DNA of 64,000 bases from Candidatus Alistipes intestinigallinarum. Its GTDB lineage: Bacteria; Bacteroidota; Bacteroidia; Bacteroidales; Rikenellaceae. The stretch lies in NCBI GenBank assembly GCA_019115745.1, contig DXDA01000019.1, positions 6,233 through 70,232 on the forward strand. Direction: 5' to 3'. The translations under genes were made by a program, and so were the position numbers. The notes under the pieces are model-generated. The model had not been told where the DNA came from, searched no databases, and saw only the letters and a list, made by a program, of their open reading frames with translations. Positions 37,154-47,193 of the stretch are shown in pieces; the first letter of the stretch is position 1, and each line of letters begins with the position of its first letter.

Positions 37154-39454
37154 TCAATAAAAGGTGCCTTTGGGGGCGAAGATGGCGTATCCGAAGTTAA
37201 AGGTCAGATACATGTTTTTCCAATTCTTCAGATCGTATTTCGTCAGCGACAGACTCACCGGACCGATCGGTGTGTGGTAGACGAGCGACGCCTCGGCGAT
37301 GTAGTGCCAGCGCTCGTCGGGAACCCCCAGCGGATTGAAGTCCCGCTTGTTGCGGAACAGGGTGTAGAAACCCGTCCGGAAGAAGAAGTCGGGCATCAGA
37401 TCGAAGGTCGGCATGACACCTCCCGCCACGAAGCGGTCAGCCCGGTAATCGGGCATGAAGACCATCCGAGCGTGCTGAATCGGGGAGTACTCGGGCATCG
37501 ACATCAGCGTGGCGGTCTCGGTGCGGAACGAAGGGTGATTCGTGTAGACCGCATCGACATTGAGCCCGAACGAGAACCAGTCGCACTGCGGCATGTCGAA
37601 GAACTTGTTCCACGTAAAACGCCCTCCGAACCATTGCCGACGCTCCCGGGAGATGAAATCCTCGGCATCGTAGGGCTCGTACTTGTCGCGTCCGTCGATG
37701 TAGATCGCCGAGAGGTAGAGTTCCGACCCGCGGCGCGGATAGAGGAACTTGTCGAGCGTATTTCGTGCGAGCCCGGCCCGGAGCCCGAAGAACGAAAAGC
37801 GCGAAAGGTCGGTATCGTCGGCAAAGAGGTCGTCCGAGTCGTAACGGTAGTTGACATGCCCGCCGTTTGCGCGCAGGACAAAGACACTGCGGTGGGTCAG
37901 CGGCATCCCGACCCCCATCGAGAGGAAACTCTCGCTGCTCTTGACCTGCTCGGCATTGGTGATGCGGGCGACATTGCCGAAGTAACCGTGCCGGAAATTG
38001 CTCACCGAGAAGTTGTAGGAGTAGTCGATGAAGAGCGGTTCGATGGCATAGAAGTCGGTCCGGCCGCCCAGCACACCCCAGGTATAGAGGGGCCCGAGGT
38101 AGAGATCGGCGCCGAGTTGCTGGGACACGCGCCCGATCCAACGGTATCCCACGCCGATATAGGCCTGGTTGAAGGCCGTCGAGGAGACGTTGCCGCCGAC
38201 GGTGATCTTGAAGCTGGGACGGGTCTTGAAACAGGCTCCGAAGGAGTAGGCGTTCGAGAGCGAATCGTAGCGGACTTTGGGAAAATCCATCGTGAAATCG
38301 CCGCCTGCCAGCACATTGAAGAGGTTGTCGCGCAGTTCGGCGAAGCGCATCGGACGCTGACGCCCCGGCGTCCGGCGGTCCATGTGGAGGAAATCGCGGA
38401 CAAACTCCCGTTGTTCGCGCTTCAGTCCGTCGATACGATAGTCATTGAAGATCAGCGGCGGGCACTTTTCGCGGAACGTCCGGCGCCGCTCGGCGAACCA
38501 GGTCGAATCGCGCCGTCCGGCACCGACCTTCTCCAGCAGTTGCGGCATCACGGCCATGGCATCCTTGTAACCGGCATCCATGATCGCCTCGGCCTGGTCG
38601 AAATCGAGCATACCGACCCCGACGGCCCGGCGGATCGTGACACTGCGCTCGGCGGGAAGCGTGTAGTCGGTATCCTGCATGGCGAGCATGAAGGCCTGAT
38701 CCATGATGTTGCTGTTCACGCTGGGAGGGGTATTTCCGGCGGTGCAGATCGAGCCGACGATCAGGTCGGGACGGAAACCGTCATCGAGCGGTTTCCAGGG
38801 GAAGTTGTCGAAAATCCCGCCGTCGTACAACAGCATCGAGTCGATCGCCATTGGTTTGAAAACCAAAGGGATGGACATCGACGAGCGGACCGCTTCGCTC
38901 AGATCCCCGCTGCGCATGACCACCGGACGGCGGTGGTTCATGTCGCTGGCCACGCAGAGAAACGGAACCATCAGGTGATCGAAATCGCCCTTCGAAGCCG
39001 CCGTGGCCGGAGCGAAGAGTTCGGTCAGCGCCAGATCGACCTGCGTCGAGGAGATCAGGTTCGTCGGGAACTGGACGCGCTCCCCGGCCGGATTTCCGAG
39101 ATTCACGCGCACGCTCAGGAACGAGGGATTGCCGCCCAGTTGGCGGTAGTAGTCCATGTATCGGTTGGGGTCGATGCGGCCCGAAACCCACTCCTTGACC
39201 ACTCCGGAGCTGACAATGGCACGCATTTCGGCCGGGGAGTACCCGGCGGCATACATCGCCGCGATGATCGATCCCATGGAGGTTCCGGCCACGTAGTCGA
39301 TCGGGATTCCGTTCTGCTCCAGCGCCTCCAGCACTCCGATATGGTAGAGCCCCTTGGCCCCTCCGCCGCTCATCACAACCCCGACCGTCCCGGCCTCGGC
39401 CGAGAGCGACAGAAGCAGCAACATCCCCACAAATGAGCCGATTTTACGCAACAT
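37154..39454 (-). CDS. Patatin-like phospholipase with probable C-terminal beta-barrel (PlpD-like)
   Basis: Signal peptide; GGGAKG, GTSMG and DGG motifs; aromatic beta-strand C-terminus (LTFNFGY). Confidence 0.88.
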   Translation of the reverse strand: MLRKIGSFVGMLLLLSLSAEAGTVGVVMSGGGAKGLYHIGVLEALEQNGIPIDYVAGTSMGSIIAAMYAAGYSPAEMRAIVSSGVVKEWVSGRIDPNRYMDYYRQLGGNPSFLSVRVNLGNPAGERVQFPTNLISSTQVDLALTELFAPATAASKGDFDHLMVPFLCVASDMNHRRPVVMRSGDLSEAVRSSMSIPLVFKPMAIDSMLLYDGGIFDNFPWKPLDDGFRPDLIVGSICTAGNTPPSVNSNIMDQAFMLAMQDTDYTLPAERSVTIRRAVGVGMLDFDQAEAIMDAGYKDAMAVMPQLLEKVGAGRRDSTWFAERRRTFREKCPPLIFNDYRIDGLKREQREFVRDFLHMDRRTPGRQRPMRFAELRDNLFNVLAGGDFTMDFPKVRYDSLSNAYSFGACFKTRPSFKITVGGNVSSTAFNQAYIGVGYRWIGRVSQQLGADLYLGPLYTWGVLGGRTDFYAIEPLFIDYSYNFSVSNFRHGYFGNVARITNAEQVKSSESFLSMGVGMPLTHRSVFVLRANGGHVNYRYDSDDLFADDTDLSRFSFFGLRAGLARNTLDKFLYPRRGSELYLSAIYIDGRDKYEPYDAEDFISRERRQWFGGRFTWNKFFDMPQCDWFSFGLNVDAVYTNHPSFRTETATLMSMPEYSPIQHARMVFMPDYRADRFVAGGVMPTFDLMPDFFFRTGFYTLFRNKRDFNPLGVPDERWHYIAEASLVYHTPIGPVSLSLTKYDLKNWKNMYLTFNFGYAIFAPKGTFY

Positions 39455-39529
39455 ATCTCAATTTTTTTATAACTTTGCACGTTAAAGGATGACCTCCAAA
39501 AGTAGGTAAAAAAGAAATACGTACAAAAT

Positions 39530-40555
39530 ATGACCGACAAAATCAACGAACTTCTGCGACGGGTCGAGGAGTTCAAACCCAAGGCAGCAAACGAACTCGA
39601 AGAGTTCCGGATCCGGATTCTGGGCAAGAAAGGCGAACTGAACGCACTGATGGAGGAGTTCAAGACGGTGGCTCCGGAGCTCAAACGCGAACTGGGCCAG
39701 CAGCTCAACCGACTCAAGAGCGCCGCAACGGAGCGTATCGCTTCGCTGCGTGAGGAGCTGCAGAACGCCGCGGCCGACCAGGTGGCCTCGTCGGGCGACC
39801 TGACGCGTCCCGGCTCGGCCGAACACCTCGGCTCGCGCCACCCGATTTCGCTGGTCCGCAACCAGATCGTCGAGGTCTTTTCGCGGCTGGGCTATACCGT
39901 GGCCGACGGCCCCGAAATCGAGGATGACTGGCACGTCTTCTCGGCGCTGAACTTCCCGCCCGAGCACCCGGCCCGCGACATGCAGGACACGTTCTTCATC
40001 GAAAAGGACCCCGACATCCTGCTGCGTACGCACACCTCGTCGATCCAGGTCCGCACGATGGAGCGCCAGAAACCGCCCATCCGCGTGATCTGCCCGGGGC
40101 GTGTCTTCCGCAACGAGGCCATTTCGTACCGCGCCCACTGCATCTTCCACCAGATCGAGGGTCTCTACATCGACGAGGGGGTTTCGTTCGCCGACATGAA
40201 GCAGTCGCTGCTGTACTTCGCCAAGGAGATCTTCGGCGAACAGGCCGTCATCCGGATGCGTCCGTCGTACTTCCCCTTCACGGAGCCGTCGGCCGAGGTC
40301 GACGTCTCGTGCAACCTCTGCGGCGGCAAGGGGTGTCCGGTCTGCAAGGGAACGGGCTGGCTCGAAATCATGGGTTGCGGCATGGTCGACCCCAACGTCC
40401 TGAAGGCTAACGACATTGACCCCGAAAAGTATTCCGGATTCGCATTCGGCATGGGTATTGAACGAATCGCCATGCTCAAATACGGTGTGAAGGATCTGCG
40501 CCTCTATTTCGAAAACGACGTGCGCTTCCTCCACCAGTTCGACGAAGCGCTCTAA
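39530..40555 (+). CDS. pheS: Phenylalanine--tRNA ligase alpha subunit
   Basis: HPARDMQDTF, LRTHTS, FHQIEG, YFPFTEPS and FAFGMGIER; -7 element TAACTTTG at 39470. Confidence 0.98.
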   Translation: MTDKINELLRRVEEFKPKAANELEEFRIRILGKKGELNALMEEFKTVAPELKRELGQQLNRLKSAATERIASLREELQNAAADQVASSGDLTRPGSAEHLGSRHPISLVRNQIVEVFSRLGYTVADGPEIEDDWHVFSALNFPPEHPARDMQDTFFIEKDPDILLRTHTSSIQVRTMERQKPPIRVICPGRVFRNEAISYRAHCIFHQIEGLYIDEGVSFADMKQSLLYFAKEIFGEQAVIRMRPSYFPFTEPSAEVDVSCNLCGGKGCPVCKGTGWLEIMGCGMVDPNVLKANDIDPEKYSGFAFGMGIERIAMLKYGVKDLRLYFENDVRFLHQFDEAL

Positions 40556-40568
40556 AACCGGTTTGCCC

Positions 40569-42365
40569 ATGAAACGTCTGACAGCGACAACGGTCCTCAG
40601 CCTTGTTCTCTTTTCCACGGCATTTGTCTCCGGAAAGGGAAACCCGTCGGCGCCCGACCGTCCCGATTCGCTGCAGAGCGTCTGGTTCTACACCGAGGGG
40701 GTCAAGCTGCACACCATTGCAGGTGATACGGCCCGGGCCCGGGAATACTTCCAGGAGGCGATCCGTCGTGATTCGACCTATGCCCCGGCGTGGTACGAGC
40801 TGGCCGGGAATCTTCTCTCGTCCTCGCCCGACGAGGCCGTTGATGCGGCACGCCGGGCCTGGCAGCTTGATACGACGAACAGGTGGTACCTCCAATTATA
40901 CGGCCAGACGCTGCTCATGACCGACCGCTACGGCGAGGCGTTGAAGGTCTTCCGCCGGCTGATGGAGGAGAACCCGAAGGATCCGGACAACTACCGCATC
41001 GTCGCGGCGCTCTACGAACAGCGGCAAAGTCCGTTTCAGGCGCTGGTGACGCTCGATTCCGCGGAGTTCCGCTTCGGGCGCATTCCGCTGCTGAGCAGCA
41101 TGAAGCGGCGCCTGCTGGTCGCCACGAACCAGATCGACAAGGCGCTCGACGAAGCCCGGGCCCTGGTTGAAGAGGCCCCCTACGAGGCCGAACACCACGT
41201 CGTGCTGGCCGACCTCTACGCGGCGGGCAAAAAGGATTCGCTGGCGCTGGTGGAATACCGGGCCGCCCTGGCGATCGACTCCATGAACATCCAGACGCTC
41301 ATGTCGCTGGGCGATTTCTATGCCGAACGCCAGGACTACCGTTCGCTGCTGGCCACAACCCGCCAGCTCTTCCTTTCCGACGATTTCCCGCTCGAACTGA
41401 AGATCAAACGCTTCGAAGATTTCACTTCCGACACGCGTTTCTACCGGGAGTATTACTTCCAACTCAACGACCTGGCCTCGACGCTGGCCATCCGTTATCC
41501 GGACGACGCGCGCGTCGTGGAGCTCTACGCCCAGCACCTGATCGCTTCGGGCGAACTGGAGCAGGCCCTGGCCCTCTACAAGAATCACCTCGGCGACCAG
41601 CCTCCCGTGGAGGATTACTACCGCATGGTGATCGACATCGAGAGTTACCTCCAGCGCCCCGACTCCGTCGACCGATACGTCACCCGAGCCCTGGAGCTCT
41701 TCCCCGAAAAGGTCGATTTCCACATCTCGAAGGGCCACGTGATGAGCTATTCGAAACGGTACGACCAGGCGATCCATGCCTACCGCGAATCGCTCCGCTA
41801 TGCCGATACGGACTCGCTGCGCAGTGTCATCTGGGGGATGATCGGCGACACCTGGCACCAGAAGGCCCTCGGCAACGACTCCATTCCCGAGGAGGAGCTC
41901 TTCGCCCTGGCGAAAAAGGGCAAAAAGGGAATCGACCGCCGCGCCATGAAGGAGTGCTACAAGTCCTATGAGAAGAGTCTGAGCTACTGGCCGGACAATG
42001 CGCTGGTCCTGAACAACTACGCCTACTTCCTCTCGCTGGAGGAGCGGGATCTGGACCGGGCGCTCGTGATGTCGAGCCGCGTCGTGTCGCTCACGGACAA
42101 CAACCCCACCTACCTGGACACCCAGGCGTGGGTGCTCTACAAGATGGGGTGTACGGAGGAGGCCCGGAAGATCCTGCAGAAAGCCGTGGCGCTCGACGGA
42201 CAAAAAAGCCCCGACCTGATGGTCCATTACGGGGACATCCTGCACGAACTGGGCGAGCAGTTCATGGCCGAAGTCTACTGGCGGCGGGCCTTGGAGAAGG
42301 GTTACGATGCCCGCCAGATCGAAGAGCGGCTGAAACAACCCGCCAAAACCCAATCCGCCGAATAG
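40569..42365 (+). CDS. Tetratricopeptide repeat protein (exported)
   Basis: Signal peptide; multiple TPRs (LNNYAYFL, YLDTQAWVLYK, HYGDIL). Confidence 0.85.
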   Translation: MKRLTATTVLSLVLFSTAFVSGKGNPSAPDRPDSLQSVWFYTEGVKLHTIAGDTARAREYFQEAIRRDSTYAPAWYELAGNLLSSSPDEAVDAARRAWQLDTTNRWYLQLYGQTLLMTDRYGEALKVFRRLMEENPKDPDNYRIVAALYEQRQSPFQALVTLDSAEFRFGRIPLLSSMKRRLLVATNQIDKALDEARALVEEAPYEAEHHVVLADLYAAGKKDSLALVEYRAALAIDSMNIQTLMSLGDFYAERQDYRSLLATTRQLFLSDDFPLELKIKRFEDFTSDTRFYREYYFQLNDLASTLAIRYPDDARVVELYAQHLIASGELEQALALYKNHLGDQPPVEDYYRMVIDIESYLQRPDSVDRYVTRALELFPEKVDFHISKGHVMSYSKRYDQAIHAYRESLRYADTDSLRSVIWGMIGDTWHQKALGNDSIPEEELFALAKKGKKGIDRRAMKECYKSYEKSLSYWPDNALVLNNYAYFLSLEERDLDRALVMSSRVVSLTDNNPTYLDTQAWVLYKMGCTEEARKILQKAVALDGQKSPDLMVHYGDILHELGEQFMAEVYWRRALEKGYDARQIEERLKQPAKTQSAE

Positions 42366-42374
42366 TCCGCCGAT

Positions 42375-43502
42375 ATGAAAATCATCCGCTTTTCGTCTCT
42401 TTTTCTTGTTTTCCTGCTCTTCGCCCTCGGCGCTTCGGCCCAGACCGACAGCCGCATTGAGAAGCAGAAAAAGGTCATTGCCGACCTGGAAAAACGCATT
42501 GCCAACGAGGAGCGGGAGATTTCGAAACTCCAGAAGGGGCGTGCGGCCACCGAGGAGCGGGTCCGGCGTCTGGCCCGACAGATCGATTCGCGGAACCAGT
42601 TGCTCGACGAGACCGAAAAGCAGGCTTCGCTGCTGCGTGAGGAGATTGCCCGCAAGGACAGCGTGGCCGGGGACCTGGCCTCGACGCTCGAACGCAACCG
42701 GGCGCAATATGCCGAGATGGTCCGCGAAGCCTACCGCAACTACCGTCACAACAACTACCTGACATTCCTCTTTTCGTCGCGGGATTTCGCCGACGTGGCT
42801 CGCAAGATCACCGCTTTGCGCGAGGCCGCCGCGATGCGCGAACGCAAGATGCGCGACATCGAGCAGCTCTCCGAGCAGGTCCGCACGGAGAAGGAGGAGC
42901 TCGACCGCCGCAACCGTTCGCTCGACTCGGTAACGCGGCAGCTTTCGGCCCAGCGCGAAAAGCTCCAACGCGACTCCCGGAATGCCCGGGCGACAATCCG
43001 CACGATGTCGCAGAAGGAGAAGTCGGCCCTGCAGCGCAAGATGGCCCAGGAGCAGAAACTCGACGTGGCGATCAACGAACTGCGCAAACTCACCAAAGGC
43101 AACAAGGAGGGAGCATCGTTCTCGTCGAAGACCTCGGGACTGCGGCTTCCGGTGGTGGGCGGACGGGTCAAGCGCTACCGGGAGAACATGGCCGAAGTGA
43201 CGGGTCCGCGGGGAGCCCGGGTGATCTCGATCTACGAAGGCAAGGTGATCGACATCAAACGCAACCGAATCACGAACAAATACGACGTTTACGTAGCCCA
43301 CGGCGAATACCTGACCTCCTATGCCAACCTGGGGACGATCAGCGTGGAAAAAGGCCAGAAAGTGGCCCGGAATCAGTCGTTGGGGACCATCGGCTCGGCC
43401 GTCGACGTAATGACCATGGAGACGGAGTACAAACTCGTCTTCGGCATCTACCCGCCGGACCCGAACCAGAAGATGCGGGCCGAGAACTGTTTCAAGAAAT
43501 AG
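42375..43502 (+). CDS. EnvC-like murein hydrolase activator (coiled coil plus degenerate M23 domain)
   Basis: Signal peptide, long coiled coil, HGEYLTSYANL...V.KGQ.V lacking the zinc-ligand His. Confidence 0.8.
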   Translation: MKIIRFSSLFLVFLLFALGASAQTDSRIEKQKKVIADLEKRIANEEREISKLQKGRAATEERVRRLARQIDSRNQLLDETEKQASLLREEIARKDSVAGDLASTLERNRAQYAEMVREAYRNYRHNNYLTFLFSSRDFADVARKITALREAAAMRERKMRDIEQLSEQVRTEKEELDRRNRSLDSVTRQLSAQREKLQRDSRNARATIRTMSQKEKSALQRKMAQEQKLDVAINELRKLTKGNKEGASFSSKTSGLRLPVVGGRVKRYRENMAEVTGPRGARVISIYEGKVIDIKRNRITNKYDVYVAHGEYLTSYANLGTISVEKGQKVARNQSLGTIGSAVDVMTMETEYKLVFGIYPPDPNQKMRAENCFKK

Positions 43503-43678
43503 AAGACGGGGAACAAAAAGCGGAGAGAGGACGGAAAACGGACAAGGAAAAGAGGGTCAAGAAGAGGGTCAAAAGCAAAAAGCAGAAAAACAAGCAAAAA
43601 AGCCTCTAAAACTTCAAATCTCCTTTCGTTCGAACAAGGATGCCGGATCTCCGAACCGATCGAAAATATCCAAGAAAA

Positions 43679-44110
43679 ATGGCTGTAAAATACTATACCG
43701 ACGACTGTACGTACCGCTACCCGCAGAAACGGCTTACGGCCCGCTGGCTGCAGGAGGTGGCCGCCGCCGAAGGCTATACGCTGGGGGATGTCTGCTATAT
43801 CTTCTGCTCGGCGCAGCGGCTGCTGGAGATGAACCGGCAGTATCTCGGACACGACTACTTCACCGACGTCATTACGTTCGACTACAGCGACCGAAAGGGT
43901 GCACGGGTGGTCTCGGGCGACATCTTCATCGACGTGGAGACCGTGGCGGACAACGCCCGGCAATACGGAGCCACGGCGCTGCAGGAGATGCGCCGCGTGG
44001 TGGTCCACGGCGTGCTGCACCTCTGCGGACAGGGAGACAAGACCCCCCGCACCAACGCACAGATGCACCGAAAAGAGGATAAATACCTGAAATTCTGGGA
44101 GAAACAATGA
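43679..44110 (+). CDS. ybeY: rRNA maturation RNase YbeY
   Basis: TDVITFDY, GDIFI and HGVLHLCG motifs. ATG at 43679. Confidence 0.93.
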   Translation: MAVKYYTDDCTYRYPQKRLTARWLQEVAAAEGYTLGDVCYIFCSAQRLLEMNRQYLGHDYFTDVITFDYSDRKGARVVSGDIFIDVETVADNARQYGATALQEMRRVVVHGVLHLCGQGDKTPRTNAQMHRKEDKYLKFWEKQ

Positions 44111-46056
44111 TCCTTGATTACGATATCATCGTCATCGGCGGCGGACATGCCGGCTGTGAAGCCGCAGCAGCGGCAGCCCGGCTGGGCTCACGGACCCTGC
44201 TGCTGACGATGGACATGACAAAAATGGCTTCGATGTCCTGCAATCCGGCTGTCGGAGGAGTAGCCAAAGGACAGATAGTCAGAGAGATAGATGCTTTGGG
44301 CGGAGAGATGGGACGCATCACGGACCGCACGGCCGTGCAGTTCCGGATGCTGAACAAGTCGAAGGGCGCGGCGATGTGGAGTCCCCGGGCCCAGTGCGAC
44401 AAAACGCGTTTTTCGGAAGAGTGGCGACACACCCTGGAAAATATCTGGAACCTCTACATCTGGCAGGATGCCGCTACGGAGCTGCTTTTCGATACCCCGA
44501 CACCCTCCTCCGCCAACGAAACCCATCCCGACGACATACCCGCAAACAACCCGGAAAAGGGGAGTGGAAAACGCCCATCGGTTCGGGGTGTCCGGACCCG
44601 CATGGGGGTGGAGTTTTCGTGTCGGGCCGTCATCCTCACGGCCGGGACCTTCCTCGACGGCATGATGCACTGCGGCGCCGCACACGCCGAAGGGGGCCGG
44701 GCCGGTGACGCTGCTTCGCACGGAATCACCGAAAGCCTCCGGGCCATGGGTTTCGAGACCGGCCGCATGAAGACCGGAACCCCGGCCCGCCTCGACGCCC
44801 GGACGATCAATTTCGAAATTCTCGAACCGCAATACGGCGACGAAAAACCGGGAAAATTCTCCTTTTCACCCGAAACCGAGCCAGTCAAGGATCAAATGCC
44901 CTGTTTTCTGGTCTACACATCGCCCGAAGTGCACGCCATTCTCCGCACGGGATTCGACCGTTCGCCGCTCTTCAACGGCACGATCCACGGCATCGGACCG
45001 CGCTATTGCCCCTCGATCGAGGACAAGTTGCGGACCTTTGCCGACAAGGAGCAACACCAGCTTTTCCTCGAACCCGAAGGGCGCTCGACCAACGAATACT
45101 ACCTGAACGGCTTCTCGTCGTCACTGCCCTGGGAGGTGCAATGGGAGGCGCTGCACAAGATCGAAGGGCTGGAGGATCTGCACATTTTCCGCCCCGGATA
45201 CGCCATCGAATACGACTATTTTCCGCCTACGCAACTCCACCATTCGCTCGAAACCAAACGGGTTGCAGGACTCTATTTTGCCGGTCAGGTCAACGGTACG
45301 ACCGGTTATGAAGAGGCTGCAGCCCAGGGTCTGATGGCGGGAATCAATGCCCACCGGGCGCTGAAAGGGGAGGAGCCGATCGTTTTGAAACGCGATGAAG
45401 CCTATATCGGCGTGTTGATCGACGACCTTGTCACGAAGGGAGTCGACGAGCCCTACCGGATGTTTACCTCCCGGGCCGAGTATCGGATTCTGCTCCGACA
45501 GGACAATGCCGATCTTCGATTGACACCTCTGGGCTACAAAATCGGACTGATTTCCGAAAAAAGGTACGCTCATTTTGTCCAAAAAAATTCACTCGTAGAA
45601 TCGCTTGTAGCCTTCGCGCGTGAGCAGAGCATCAAAGCAGCCGAAATTAACGACTATTTAAAATCGGTCGGACAGGAGCCTTTGAATCAGGGTCGGAAGC
45701 TGTACGACATTCTGATGCGCAACAACGTCACCTTCGAATCGCTGCAAAAGGTGCTTCCGAAGCTGCAGCGCTTTATCGAAAAGCAGGGGATCGATGCGGA
45801 GGTAATCGAAGAGGCGGAGATTCAAATCAAGTACAAAGGGTACATTGAACGTGAAAAATTCATTGCCGACAAGCTGCATCGCCTGGAAAATATCCGTATT
45901 CCGGATAATTTCGACTTCTTTTCGATGAATTCCTTAACGATTGAAGCCCGTCAGAAGTTGAATCGAATCCGTCCGAAGACGATCGGACAGGCCTCGCGCA
46001 TACCGGGAGTTTCGCCTGCGGACGTCAATGTGCTGCTGGTCAAGTTCGGTCGATAG
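44107..46056 (+). CDS. mnmG: tRNA U34 5-carboxymethylaminomethyl modification enzyme MnmG (GidA)
   Basis: GGGHAGCEAA, MSCNPAVGG, KTGTPAR, GPRYCPSIEDK, AGQVNGTTGYEEAAAQG and YRMFTSRAE. Confidence 0.98.
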   Translation: MILDYDIIVIGGGHAGCEAAAAAARLGSRTLLLTMDMTKMASMSCNPAVGGVAKGQIVREIDALGGEMGRITDRTAVQFRMLNKSKGAAMWSPRAQCDKTRFSEEWRHTLENIWNLYIWQDAATELLFDTPTPSSANETHPDDIPANNPEKGSGKRPSVRGVRTRMGVEFSCRAVILTAGTFLDGMMHCGAAHAEGGRAGDAASHGITESLRAMGFETGRMKTGTPARLDARTINFEILEPQYGDEKPGKFSFSPETEPVKDQMPCFLVYTSPEVHAILRTGFDRSPLFNGTIHGIGPRYCPSIEDKLRTFADKEQHQLFLEPEGRSTNEYYLNGFSSSLPWEVQWEALHKIEGLEDLHIFRPGYAIEYDYFPPTQLHHSLETKRVAGLYFAGQVNGTTGYEEAAAQGLMAGINAHRALKGEEPIVLKRDEAYIGVLIDDLVTKGVDEPYRMFTSRAEYRILLRQDNADLRLTPLGYKIGLISEKRYAHFVQKNSLVESLVAFAREQSIKAAEINDYLKSVGQEPLNQGRKLYDILMRNNVTFESLQKVLPKLQRFIEKQGIDAEVIEEAEIQIKYKGYIEREKFIADKLHRLENIRIPDNFDFFSMNSLTIEARQKLNRIRPKTIGQASRIPGVSPADVNVLLVKFGR

Positions 46057-46061
46057 TCTTA

Positions 46062-46077
46062 CGTTCCACGTGGAACA
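46062..46077. other. parS: parS site (ParB binding)
   Basis: CGTTCCACGTGGAACA, a 15/16 match to TGTTCCACGTGGAACA, immediately after the mnmG stop. Confidence 0.85.
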
Positions 46078-46104
46078 AAAAAGGCGACCCGAAAGGCCGC
46101 CTTT
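46076..46104 (-). terminator. Terminator between convergent mnmG and ilvE
   Basis: Minus strand reads AAAGGCGGCC-TTTCG-GGTCGCCTTTTTT. Confidence 0.7.
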
Positions 46105-46125
46105 AAAATTAATTGAGAGATAAAA

Positions 46126-47139
46126 TTACAATACCACCGTGCACCAGCCGTACTTATCCTCGGCACGTCCGTATTGAATATCCTGCAAACGGGTATAGAG
46201 TTCCAGACAGGTTTTACCCACCTGATCGCCATAATTGTAGGTTTCGCCGGTTTGCATGTCGTAAATCGAACCGATAGGGGAGATCACGGCAGCCGTTCCG
46301 CAGGCACCGCACTCCTCAAAGGTCGGCAACTCCTCAACGGGAATATGACGCTGCTCCACTTCGAGACCCATATCGGCAGCCAACTGACGAAGGCTCATGT
46401 TGGTGATCGAAGGCAGCACCGAAGGTGATTTCGGCGTAATATACTTACCCTCCTTGATGCCGAAGAAGTTCGCGGCACCGCACTCCTCGATATACTTATG
46501 TTCGGCGGCATCCAGGTACATGATATTCGAATAGCCCAATTCATGTCCCTTTTCACCGGAAAGAAGACTCGCAGCATAGTTACCGCCAACCTTCACATCA
46601 CCTGTTCCACGTGGAGCAGCGCGGTCCTGTTCCCGGTCAATAGCAACACGGATCGGAGCAATACCCGACTTGAAGTAGGCACCAACCGGCGAACAGTAGA
46701 CAATCAGCAGGGCATCCTTGGCGGGTTTTACCCCCAAGCCGACCGTCGTGCCGAACATCACCGGACGCAGATACAACGAAGCTCCCGTCCCATAGGGAGG
46801 AACGAAACGCTCGTTGCGCTTCACCACCTCGATACAGGCATTTACAATCATCTCCTCCGAGGGAACCGGCAGGCAAAGCCGCTTCGCCGAAGACTGCATC
46901 CGGCGGGCATTGTCCGCAACACGGAAGAGACGAACTTTTCCGTCAACACCACGAAAAGCCTTCAAACCCTCGAAGAGTTCGATGCCGTAATGCAGACACG
47001 AAGCCGACATGTGCATATGAATATACTCATCGTCGGTAACCATCATGTCGCTCCACTTGCCATCCGTGTAGGAGAAGCGGACATTAAAATCCGTTTTGCG
47101 GTAGTCGAAACCGAGCGCACTCCAATCCATATTTTCCAT
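46126..47139 (-). CDS. ilvE: Branched-chain amino acid aminotransferase
   Basis: LHYGIELFEGLKA, LYLRP, KVGGNYAAS, LPSIT and CGTAAVISP. Confidence 0.95.
   Translation of the reverse strand: MENMDWSALGFDYRKTDFNVRFSYTDGKWSDMMVTDDEYIHMHMSASCLHYGIELFEGLKAFRGVDGKVRLFRVADNARRMQSSAKRLCLPVPSEEMIVNACIEVVKRNERFVPPYGTGASLYLRPVMFGTTVGLGVKPAKDALLIVYCSPVGAYFKSGIAPIRVAIDREQDRAAPRGTGDVKVGGNYAASLLSGEKGHELGYSNIMYLDAAEHKYIEECGAANFFGIKEGKYITPKSPSVLPSITNMSLRQLAADMGLEVEQRHIPVEELPTFEECGACGTAAVISPIGSIYDMQTGETYNYGDQVGKTCLELYTRLQDIQYGRAEDKYGWCTVVL
46603..46618. other. parS: Second parS-like site, inside ilvE
   Basis: TGTTCCACGTGGAGCA, a 15/16 match. Confidence 0.6.
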
Positions 47140-47193
47140 ATCTTTCTGTTTTAAGCGTTTTTTACACCAAAAATAAATCGAAAAATCCCGGGC

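Noticed and set aside
37606-37621. parS-like TGTTCCACGTAAAACG in the patatin gene (also CCTTCCACGTGAAGTC near 48111)
   Set aside because: The first has a broken CACGTG core and the second has several arm mismatches; both are probably chance matches.
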